Origin: Stramenopiles sp. TOSAG23-2
Lineage: Eukaryota
Reading direction: 5' to 3'
NCBI GenBank assembly: GCA_900128395.1
Contig: LT649254.1
Span: 1 to 58,456 of the forward strand
Length of the DNA stretch: 58,456 nt
The notes below the pieces were generated by a model, which made no database searches, was not told the origin of the DNA, and saw nothing but the letters and a program-made list of their open reading frames with translations. The position numbers were made by a program, and so were the translations under genes. Of this stretch, positions 31,688 through 41,502 are shown piece after piece (within the stretch, counting starts at the first letter, position 1; each line of letters starts with the position of its first letter).

Positions 31688-34600
31688 ATGGCGACGTCAT
31701 ATTATCCACTTGGATCGGCAGCAGCGAAAAAAGCATATCAAGCAGTTATTGGTATCACAGGTGTAGAACGTGGTAATAATTTAACAAGTCAATTAGCAAA
31801 TGCCATACGTCATATTATCCACTTGGATCGGCAGCAGCGAAAAAAGCATATCAAGCAGTTATTGGTATCACAGGTGTAGAACGTAGTAATAATTTAACAA
31901 GTCAATTAGCAAATGCCATTAAAAGAAATGATAATTTATTTGTAAAAGACATAGGATACGATGATAAGATACCAAAGAAGAAATTTAGACAATCCTACAG
32001 TGATTATACACCAAAAGGAATATTTAAGAAAAATTGGTTCGAGAAACATACATTGGAAATACCAGCTTTGTTATTATTGGTTTTACCATTTGAAGCAAGT
32101 TTATCAGATAAAGAATGGGAAGAAAAAGAAATACAACTTGTTAAAGATATTCAACGTGGGGAAAATCAAGTAGATGGCAGCAAAACAAAATTAATGTTAA
32201 TATTGATTCAAGAAAGAGAATATTTAAAATCACAAGAAGGCAGAGAACGAGCACAAATAGCCAAAGAGCGGGTTCTTAGTTTAAGACGTTGTGTTGATTT
32301 TGATTCAAAACGTGTTCATTTAGTTTATACAGCAGATTTATCCAACGAAAATTCTAGTGCAGATATGCAAAAATTAAGTAAAACTTTACATAGTTCATGT
32401 ATTGACTTTTATAAAAAAGCTAGTAAATCAGTGAAAGACATGAGACGCTTCATTTCTACATCAGGCATGTCAAAAGAAGTACAATATTGCATGAGTTCAA
32501 GGCTTTTTATTAAAATTGGCCATTACTATGAATTACGACGTGAAGATGTAAAAGCATATAAAACGTATAAAGATGCGTATGATGATTTGATAAGCATTAT
32601 AAATCAAAAAAAACAAAAACCATCAAATCCAAATATATATAACTCATCAAAAGTAACCATTAATGAAGTAAAACATGTAGCAGAGATAATTTGCTATAAA
32701 TTATGCCGCCTGTGTTTTTTACAAGGACGCGCAGTCGAAGCAGTACGTTTGTTTCGGAATCATATGCATCAACTACGAGATTTACCAATAATAAAAGAGG
32801 GTAATAATAGCAACAGTGACCAATTGAAAAATACTATTGTACAATGTGAAAAAAAAGCATGGGCAACTCGTCAATGCGTAAATATTGCTAGTTTTCTACA
32901 CGGATATCAAAACATATTAACAGAGCAACAGAAAACATATGAATATTTGCAAGAAAGTACATTTATTTTTATGGCTATATCATATGAACGTCAGCGAAGG
33001 ATGATTTTAAATGAATATTTGAACGATAATACGAACAGTGGCAATGAGAAAACATCGTTAGAATTGGATGGTAATATAAAAATAATTAAATCTGATTACA
33101 TTGGTGGCACAGATATTGTGACTGGCACGAAGGACAAAGCTATTATACAGACAACAATTTTAAACGCTTTACTAGCGAAACATTTAAACCCGACTTTCAA
33201 AGTGAATATGCTTGAATATTTGACACGTTTAAAACGATCACGGTTAGCAGAGGGGCAAACGTCCAATATTAGAAAAACAATTATTTTGCAATTAATGATG
33301 TGTGAAGAATACATTGTAGCCGCTAAGAAGAAAAAGAAGCAACCGCAAGATGTGAAATATTATGAGAAAGCATATGGTTTAATAAAAGAATGTATTCAAA
33401 CATTTAAAAATGACGGTTGGCGTGAATTGTTTATTCGTAGTTTACGAGTTGCCAAAGCATGTACGGAAGAAAATGAACAGTATGATAATGAATATATCAA
33501 ACATTGTTTAGATTTATTGCTACCATCTAATAATTTAAAAGAAGAAGAGAGGGTACAGTTGCATCAAAACATATTAAATAAATCCAAAAATACTTCCGTA
33601 GAATACAGAATGAACCATGAACAAAATCCAACATTTGCACCATATTTATTGGAATTTAAAGTAAGGTTTTCTAAAAATTGTTTGCTTGTAAAAGATCCCG
33701 GTAACATTGTGTTGTCCATTAAGTCAAACTTTCCACAAACAATTGAATTAAATAGCGTTGAATTAGTATTAAATAAATTTTATTCGAAATCATCGTCAAA
33801 TAACGACGATATTGATGATATTTCAGAGAAAACTATTTCCTGCCGTATAAATAATAACGAGAATGAAGTGAAAGATGATGGTGGTAATTCTAACAGTGTC
33901 ATTGATTTGAAAGAAAAGAATTTATCGTTTAAATCAAATGAAACGAAATTATTTGTAATTCCAATTGTGGAACATGAATTGTTACTTGGAGATGTTGTTC
34001 TTTCTGAAAAATCTATCACATGTAAAGCAATGGATGGGATGACACTTATCTTTACACGAAATAAACATGATAATAAAATTAATGTCAATCAAAGCCCAGG
34101 TGGAACGATTGCAAAGGTAGAGAATAATAAAAAAAACTTTATTTTTACAAATAAAAATATTGAAAAGATGGATTATGAAGAGTTAACACGGAAAAATAAA
34201 AGGGAAGATTTGCAAAAAGGTGTATTTTCACTATTTAAACCAAAGGCTACCATGCAACAAGAAGTAGAATCGAAAGATGCAGATGTTGAAAAATCGATAG
34301 ATGCATCATCATCACTTGATCTAACAAGCATATATATAACAAATCCAGAATCATGTATAATGATATCGACAAAGAGCGAATTACCACTTTTGATTGGCGA
34401 ATGGCATCCAATTCATTTCAATTTGAAAATACCCAACGATACGTTACCAGAGGACGTACCATCTAATATATCGGCAATTCTATCGATGAATTTTAGTGAT
34501 AATGATGCTGTAGTTTTAGATGTTGATACGAAATGCTATTTAGTAGCAAATGGTGTGTACAAATTATTGGATAAGGTGGAAGGTGTTATGGATGGAGAAG

Positions 34601-35694
34601 AAATTAGTAATTTAATGTATGACAGTACACAGGACAAAAAAGATTATAAATTTAAAATTTCAATCGAAAACGACGAAAGCAATGTATACGAAATTATAGT
34701 CTATATTTATATCACGACAAGTGATAATAACAACTATTATTCATTGATCAATATGGATAGTTTGTTGCATTTAGAGATGAATATTCAACATTTAAGCACA
34801 CGGTGTGTAAGTACTTTGAACAAACAACATAAATGCGATCTAAAGTTTGAAAATCCTATGAAAATGGATATGTCGATTATCTCATTAAACCCTGAATTAT
34901 TACCACCATTAATTTCCACTGATAAATTGAAATTGCTGAGTGGAAGCAAGTCGTCTGAAAATTCTGATGGAGTCGATGGAGAAATATTTCGCCTGGTGAA
35001 ATCGCAAAGAGCTTTAGTTCATTATGTTTTAAAATGTGCTAGTGTACATGCATTGAATATACATCGTGTTGAATATATACCAAATAAAAGTGCTAGAAAT
35101 ATATCGCCAAATGAAAATAATCTAGATTATTCCACCTCTAACTTGTTAAAGTTGAAGCCACAAGATGTTCAAAGCAACTGTTTTGGTCTTCAGCCTATAA
35201 AAGATGGATCTTCAGTATCATTAGGTAAAATTGCTGTTACATGGTCACGTTTAAAAAGCTTATTGAACCCGGAAGAAGCAAACGACGAAGCTTCTATAAA
35301 ACAACAAATGTGTCAAACAGCATTTGTATTACCACCAACATTGGTTTATCCACTCCAAGGTATTAGTGTTGATCTGAAAACAAGTACAGACATTGCATTT
35401 TATTGCAAACCTTTCGAATTGAAATTATATTTAATTAATAATACAGTCTCATCGGAACGAATATCACTTGAATTGGCGCCGAATGAAAACTTTTTATGCG
35501 CTGGACGTACAACAGCAGTTTTAAATATACAGCCAATGTCAACGATTGTAATTACTTATATATTGACAGGAATCGAGATTGGTTTGTTGTTATTGCCACA
35601 AATTGAAATTAAATCATTGAAAAGTGGGAAATATTTGATTGATTATGGAAAGAATAATAAAAGTAAACGATATTTATATGTAAAGCCGGCGTAG
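31688..35694 (+). CDS. TRAPPC11: TRAPP complex subunit 11 (foie gras/gryzun); 5' end interrupted by a 113-bp duplication
   Basis: Removing one copy of 31694-31806/31807-31919 gives a continuous frame from ATG 31688 through YTPKGIFKKNWFEKHTLEIPA. Also RLFIKIGHYYELRRE, EVKHVAEIICYKLCRLCF, FKNDGW and C-terminal NFLCAG...G.LLLP. Confidence 0.88.
31694..31919. repeat. 113-bp tandem duplication with one G/A difference
   Basis: Copies start at 31694 and 31807; ACGTGGTAAT versus ACGTAGTAAT. Confidence 0.92.
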
Positions 35695-35830
35695 GAAGTG
35701 TGTGTAAATATATATTACGAAGTATATTATACATATACATTATATACGAAGAGTTCGTAGTAAACGATATTTATATGTAAAGCCGGCGTAGGAAGTGTGT
35801 GTAAATATATATTTTACGAAGAGTATATTA
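35662..35830. repeat. 97-bp-period duplication of the TRAPPC11 stop region
   Basis: AGTAAACGATATTTATATGTAAAGCCGGCGTAGGAAGTGTGTGTAAATATATATT at 35662 and 35759; the copies diverge afterwards. Confidence 0.85.
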
Positions 35831-35963
35831 TATACTCGTACATATATATATATATATTATAATTTTCACTTACACTCCACAAGTATATTAAATATTACGT
35901 AGTATTATCAATAATACGAGTATATAATATGTGCATATTTTACATGAGTAAATTTAAAAATTT

Positions 35964-36492
35964 ATATGACCCGGTTTTTCTGAGAGAGACCTTCAGTTGT
36001 CAAATAAATATTTAGTATACTAATAAGTACAAATTTCACATATTTTACTATCAAACCTCGTGCATTATAATTCCTAGATTCTCGAAAATCATGAATTTTT
36101 GGAAAATTTGTGACATTTTTATTTTTAATCCAAGAAGATGCCATCAACGCACTCTGGGAATTGAGCATTTTTGTAAAGGGCACGACGGTGATTTTATACA
36201 TATAAAGAATATTTTTTTTGATCAACAGAAAGTGAAATGACACAATGGTGAAGTTGTACATCTATTTAAGTAATCCATTCACACAAAAGTTACATTGGTT
36301 ACATTTTCACACTTTCCCATCATATTTACATGTTTTTTTTTATTTTTTAATTATGTTTTTTTCCCCTCAAATATTGGTTGAAATCTCTGGTCTAAGTACG
36401 GAGTAGTTGTATACTAGAAATATTTACCTATATAATATGTTATTTGACAATATCGGCCAGAAAAGCTCCCTCTCAGAAAAACCGGGTCATAT
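35964..36492. mobile_element. Non-autonomous TIR DNA transposon (MITE)
   Basis: ATATGACCCGGTTTTTCTGAGAG at 35964-35986 and its exact reverse complement at 36470-36492. Subterminal TTGTCAAATAA at both ends. No credible internal gene. Confidence 0.85.
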
Positions 36493-36572
36493 GATATATA
36501 TAAGTTTAATGTTATCATATCATACTTCGTACATATCATATCATTATGAATGCATAAGATATCATATATATA

Positions 36573-36804
36573 TTTAGATTTATTCTCTCTTCTCATATTC
36601 GTGCATGAAGCAGTTTTTAATCACATTACACATAACGTTTATATACATAGAGTATCTACGAGAATATATTATTATACGAAGCGTACATTTTAGATTTATT
36701 CTCTCTTCTCATATTCGTGCATGAAGCAGTTTTTAATCACATTACACATAACGTTTATATACATAGAGTATCTACGAGAATATATTATTATACGAAGCGT
36801 ACAT
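36573..36804. repeat. 116-bp tandem duplication
   Basis: 36573-36688 repeated at 36689-36804. Confidence 0.9.
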
Positions 36805-36842
36805 GAAACACAAAAATTCAATAAAGAGAGAAGGAACTATTT

Positions 36843-37424
36843 TTATGGGTTAATGTTATTATTACGTTGTTGATAGTGCTTATGTAAACGGTCAATCTCG
36901 TTTGCTGCCATATCTGCTGTCTTTCCTAAAAAGTGTTTAACAGGATGAAGTTTATCAGCCCCGAGTCCTATCCATGTCAAGAAAAAATTTGATTGATTAT
37001 TCAAAAAATGACCGTAGAAAATATCATACACTACTGCTATGAAAAATGCACCAAAGAATATACAATACACTATAATACGAATAATACACCAATTAATTCG
37101 GCTTTTCAAGACACCAGGTTTATAAACTTCAGTAGCATCTAATATGTATAGCTGTTTATGATAACGATACAAATTGAAAAAAGTCATAGGCAATTGCAAT
37201 AGAAATAAAGTCCATTGCTTCAACACCAATCCAGTCAATATATTACATATAATGCTAAATAAAATTTCATATGGAGCAATATAATTAATATCTCTCGATA
37301 CTTGTAAAAAATCACTGGAAAAACTTTCCGCAGCAGACAATATATTTAATTGATATCCTGCCATAGCACATAAAGTACCTTGCATGAACCATACTAAGGT
37401 CCACAAGACGATGTTATACCACAT
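36843..37424 (-). CDS. Cornichon/Erv14-family ER cargo receptor
   Basis: Three hydrophobic segments; IN..APYE, WTLFLLQLP, YILDATEVY motifs. True start is probably MWYNIV at 37424; the ORF-track extension comes from a duplication. Confidence 0.8.
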   Translation of the reverse strand: MWYNIVLWTLVWFMQGTLCAMAGYQLNILSAAESFSSDFLQVSRDINYIAPYEILFSIICNILTGLVLKQWTLFLLQLPMTFFNLYRYHKQLYILDATEVYKPGVLKSRINWCIIRIIVYCIFFGAFFIAVVYDIFYGHFLNNQSNFFLTWIGLGADKLHPVKHFLGKTADMAANEIDRLHKHYQQRNNNINP

Positions 37425-37517
37425 ATTTTGTTTGATATCCTGCCATAGCACATAAAGTACCTTGCATGAACCATACTAAGGTCCACAAGACGATGTTATA
37501 CCACATATTTTGTTTGA
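37350..37517. repeat. 82-bp tandem duplication of the cornichon start region
   Basis: GATATCCTGCCATAGCAC... at 37352 and 37434. Confidence 0.9.
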
Positions 37518-38103
37518 ATAAAGTATGGTAATGAGTATATTAATTAAAATATCTATATCTATCTATCTATATATCTATATCCTAAATTGATACTATGTGA
37601 TTCATAACAATGTAAGATAATATGATCTATCTGCCGTGGGTCTGACGTTCTATGTTTTCAAATATTATATATATTTTTCTATTTTCTCTGTTTACATAGT
37701 GTGCTATGCTATTATTATATAGGAGCAAGTGTACCTAACTATACGAGACAGTGTATTTGTTTTTCCATCACAAAGAAGAAATACCTTACATTATAAATAG
37801 CATATACACAGCATTAAATTATAACACATACTATTCCCGTGCTAAATCATCATATAGACGACAGGCTTGGGACGTAAAATCCACATTTTTATTATTATGG
37901 CTTATTCTACTTATCTATCATATATCTGATATATCCCCTTTTTGATAGAATTTTTGTTTTCTCATTCTCCACATCTCTCCGTTTTTGGATTTGAAAACAA
38001 TTTTGATTGGAAGTGAGTCCAAGGAAATCTGTGATTGGTATAGATTGTGTGTCTTTTAATTATAGGTTCGAGTGAAAGCTTTACTCTTGCATGATGGTAC
38101 AAG

Positions 38104-38310
38104 GTGTGTGTGTGTGTGTGTTTGTGTAGTAGTTGATATTCATCCGGTACATATCTGTATGTGGTGTGGATCTGATGGTGTGTATGGTGTGTAGTATGAT
38201 ATGATATATGTTGTGTGTGTGTGTTTGTGTAGTAGTTGATATTCATCCGGTACATATCTGTATGTGGATCTGATGGTATGTATGGTGTGTAGTATGATAT
38301 GATATATGTT
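38104..38310. repeat. ~103-bp tandem duplication anchored on a (GT)n tract
   Basis: TTTGTGTAGTAGTTGATATTCATCCGG at 38121 and 38224; copies differ by a 5-bp indel, a substitution and GT length. Confidence 0.88.
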
Positions 38311-38398
38311 TGTTAATCTCTGTCAATATATATCACAACGAGATATCCAAAATTTGGGTGTGTATTTAATGATAGAATAATTTATTATAGCTTAGCAT

Positions 38399-38836
38399 TT
38401 ATTCACTTTCTTCTGCACGTACGCGACCGTTTGCATTGGTTACACGGATGTTTAATTGCTCAGCACGTGCAATGATTAGTTGACGATTTTTGCGTGAAAC
38501 ATTATGTGCAATTTCTGCTGCATATTTTCTGTTATTCATCATTAAAGCTTCTACATCGTTTACGTTGTTCACAACGAATTTATAGAAACCATTTGGCAAA
38601 ATATGTTTTGTTTTTTTGTTACTACCATAACCGATCTTTGGGCATTTTGGTGTACCTTTAAAGCGACGTCTTTGGCGACCATCAATACCTTTTGGTTTAC
38701 GCCAGTGCTCTGGGACTTTCATGAACTGATCACTGTGAAAGTTTCTGAACTTAGTTCTTTTCTTTTTCACAATGGTTCTTTTCTTAACACCAACAGCTGG
38801 TGCTAATGCAAGGGAAGTTGGACCGTTCTTTGGCAT
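38399..38836 (-). CDS. RPL32: 60S ribosomal protein L32 (eL32)
   Basis: [52 protein letters not shown]. Confidence 0.98.
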   Translation of the reverse strand: MPKNGPTSLALAPAVGVKKRTIVKKKRTKFRNFHSDQFMKVPEHWRKPKGIDGRQRRRFKGTPKCPKIGYGSNKKTKHILPNGFYKFVVNNVNDVEALMMNNRKYAAEIAHNVSRKNRQLIIARAEQLNIRVTNANGRVRAEESE

Positions 38837-39156
38837 GATTATTATATTATATGTTTAATGATATATATATATATATGTATGATTACAAAGGTTGAAATAT
38901 AATTTCTTTTTGTTGTATAATTATATTACTTCTGTAAATACTTTTAAGTCTATGTATACATACATATTTATATATATGCATACAAGTGTATATATCTATA
39001 ATTAAAATAACACTACACAGAATGGGAAATGTTTTTTGTATTGGATTTACATGGAAAGATGGAATTGGTGGTGAGGATCGGAGTTTAAGAAATATCATAA
39101 TCTAACAAGTATAAAGATGGAAATATTCCTAGCAAAAGAGTGCCCCCAAAATATTG

Positions 39157-39234
39157 GGGTTAGGGTTAGGGTTAATTACATTTTAGCATGGCATAGCATT
39201 ATAAATGCTATGCCTTAATGCTATGCCATGCTAA
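39157..39234. promoter_or_regulatory. Interstitial (TTAGGG)n plus a perfect 19-bp inverted repeat upstream of RPL32
   Basis: GGGTTAGGGTTAGGGTTA at 39157-39174; TTAGCATGGCATAGCATTA (39183-39201) pairs with 39216-39234. Confidence 0.5.
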
Positions 39235-39424
39235 TGCTAGGTTGGTGGGATAGCTCTACTGGTGCTGATGTGTAGCAATATAATAATAGGACGTTACGCA
39301 CTTTTACAGCTTTTTTTTTAAGCAACTACTGTAATAGTACTATACTACTATTAATAACACGTATTTATTATATACTGTATTATATATGCAGCAGTTATAA
39401 TATTTATCCTAAAACAACAGTTAT

Positions 39425-39726
39425 TTTAATAAAACACTCCTCATACAAGAAATATATACACGTACACATACATATATATGTAAATTTACAATTTAAAGAG
39501 CCAACTTCTTCTATACTTCATTATCCAAACTTTATACCAATAGAAAGAATTACGGGGATCTAGAATAATATGTTATTTAATAAAACACTCCTCATACAAG
39601 AAATATATACACGTACACATACATATATATGTAAATTTACAATTTAAAGAGCCAACTTCTTCTATACTTCATTATCCAAACTTTATACCAATAGAAAGAA
39701 TTACGGGGATCTAGAATAATATGTTA
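39425..39726. repeat. 151-bp tandem duplication ending at the ATG of the next gene
   Basis: AAAACACTCC at 39431 and 39582; both copies end CTAGAATAATATGTTA. Confidence 0.9.
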
Positions 39727-41502
39727 AGCAGCAGTAGGAAGAAAAAGAAGAGAGAGGAGGAAAATAGAAAAAAACGTGAATTAGCTGAACAAAAAGCACG
39801 AGAGGATAAATTAAAAGCAGAAGAGGCAGAAAAAGAACGGTTGGCACAAGAAGAATTAAAAAGTGCCGAATTGTTAAGACAAAAGCAACGAGAAGAACAT
39901 AATAGGCAATTAAAACAAAATTTACATGATTTTGATATAGATACAGAAGTTATACACGCAACAACAAAAATACAAGCAATGCATCGTGGTAGAAAACAAA
40001 GAAAAGAACAGGAGGAACAAGCACAAGCAGCTTTAAAAATTCAAGCCATCCAGCGTGGCAAAATGGCACGTAAGGAGAAAGAAGAACAATCACAAGCTGC
40101 ATTAAAAATTCAAGCAGTACATCGTGGTAAATTAGCAAGAAAAGAAAAGCAAGAGCAGGCAGAAGCGGCGCAAAAAATACAAGCAATACATCGTGGTAAA
40201 ATGACAAGGAAAGAATTAGAAGAACGCCGCAACAATAATAATAATAATAATAATACCCGTATAAATAATAATAATAACAACAGTAGTCATAACAACAAGA
40301 ATACTCGTCCTCAAATGGTAAGACCATCGGCTCAAAAGCCATACAGTCCTTCACAATCAAACAATGCCCGTAGCAACAATAGCGGTCAATATACAAGTGC
40401 AATTATAATGCCAAAAACTTTACCAGAGGCAATGCGAATAATACGCGAGATGCAAAGTCATGAAAAAGATTTATTACAAATACAAAATTTACAAAGTGCT
40501 AAATTAAAAACACTTAAACATAAAGCGGAAACTACAGTAGGACAATTAGCACAAGAAATAGACATGTTAAGTACAGAAATGCAAGAAATGAGGTTTTCAT
40601 TAGAACAAGAATCGAAAAAAGTCAAAGCAGAGGGAAATTTACGAAGAGCCGCAGAGCAAGAGACAGGTCGTTTACGACGTGAAATTGCTGCATTAAAACG
40701 TGAAATACGAGATGCAACAGCAAAGGAAACACGATTATCTGTTGATAATCAAAGGTTAGAAGCAATTTTAGGTAAAGTTGGTGACGGTGCATTGGATGAA
40801 ATGGAACGTCGATTGCAAAAATCAGAAGAATCTAGGTGGAAAGCAGAAGTTGAATGTGAAAAATTAAGGGCAGAATTAAATTGGCAAACAAATTCTAGAA
40901 TGGATGAAAGGTTAAACGTAGCAAGCTTGGAAGATGAATTAGGACAGGCGAGAGCGGAAAAAAGACGTTCGGAAATGAGAAAAATACAAGTAGAAGAAGC
41001 ATTGGAGCAATGTTTAGCACAATTAAGAAGTAAAAAAAGAGAATGCGCAGATATGCGTAAACGTATTGAGATGATGATATCAAGTAATAAAAATGTAACA
41101 CAACAATTAGGTGGTAGTGGTCATAGTTTTGGGGGAACAACGGGTATGCATCAAAGTACTACTAATCATAATCCAGGTCATATGCCAAAAGGAAATGGTT
41201 CCACACGATTTGCTGCATATGTACAAGATGGAACAATTGTGCCATACGGACCGTCAAAAGCTAATAATAAAATGTTTGAATCACCAAAAAAGGCAAATTT
41301 ACGTAAAGCATCTGCATTGAGAAAACAAATAAGTACATTAAGAAAACCAGTAGGAAAAGCATTTGATAGTTATGTCGATGCACATTCTAGGAAAAATGTA
41401 CTCGGTAATTACCATATTCTTATGATACTTTTTACTCGTCGTTTTTCTTTGCAACTTTCTTTTTTGCATCTTCCTTCTCTTCTTTTATATTGTAATTTCT
41501 AA
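39721..41502 (+). CDS. IQ-motif (x4) coiled-coil protein; 3' end uncertain
   Basis: Four KIQAxxRGxxxRK motifs, poly-Asn tract, long coiled coil. The last ~23 codons overlap CCDC57 on the opposite strand. Confidence 0.8.
   Translation: MLSSSRKKKKREEENRKKRELAEQKAREDKLKAEEAEKERLAQEELKSAELLRQKQREEHNRQLKQNLHDFDIDTEVIHATTKIQAMHRGRKQRKEQEEQAQAALKIQAIQRGKMARKEKEEQSQAALKIQAVHRGKLARKEKQEQAEAAQKIQAIHRGKMTRKELEERRNNNNNNNNTRINNNNNNSSHNNKNTRPQMVRPSAQKPYSPSQSNNARSNNSGQYTSAIIMPKTLPEAMRIIREMQSHEKDLLQIQNLQSAKLKTLKHKAETTVGQLAQEIDMLSTEMQEMRFSLEQESKKVKAEGNLRRAAEQETGRLRREIAALKREIRDATAKETRLSVDNQRLEAILGKVGDGALDEMERRLQKSEESRWKAEVECEKLRAELNWQTNSRMDERLNVASLEDELGQARAEKRRSEMRKIQVEEALEQCLAQLRSKKRECADMRKRIEMMISSNKNVTQQLGGSGHSFGGTTGMHQSTTNHNPGHMPKGNGSTRFAAYVQDGTIVPYGPSKANNKMFESPKKANLRKASALRKQISTLRKPVGKAFDSYVDAHSRKNVLGNYHILMILFTRRFSLQLSFLHLPSLLLYCNF

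Noticed and set aside
35962..36261. 99-aa ORF inside the MITE as a transposase
   Set aside because: No DDE or DNA-binding signature; composition typical of non-coding AT-rich DNA.
37751..38255. ORFs 37751..37945 and 37962..38255
   Set aside because: The second is partly built from the (GT)n duplication; no family recognised in either, though a small degraded fragment cannot be excluded.
39168..39175. AGGG-TTAA as a piggyBac end
   Set aside because: No matching TTAA-CCCT partner end found nearby; explained by the TTAGGG repeat.
30910..39726. Direct repeats read as a CRISPR array
   Set aside because: No unique spacers, no cas genes, eukaryotic context.
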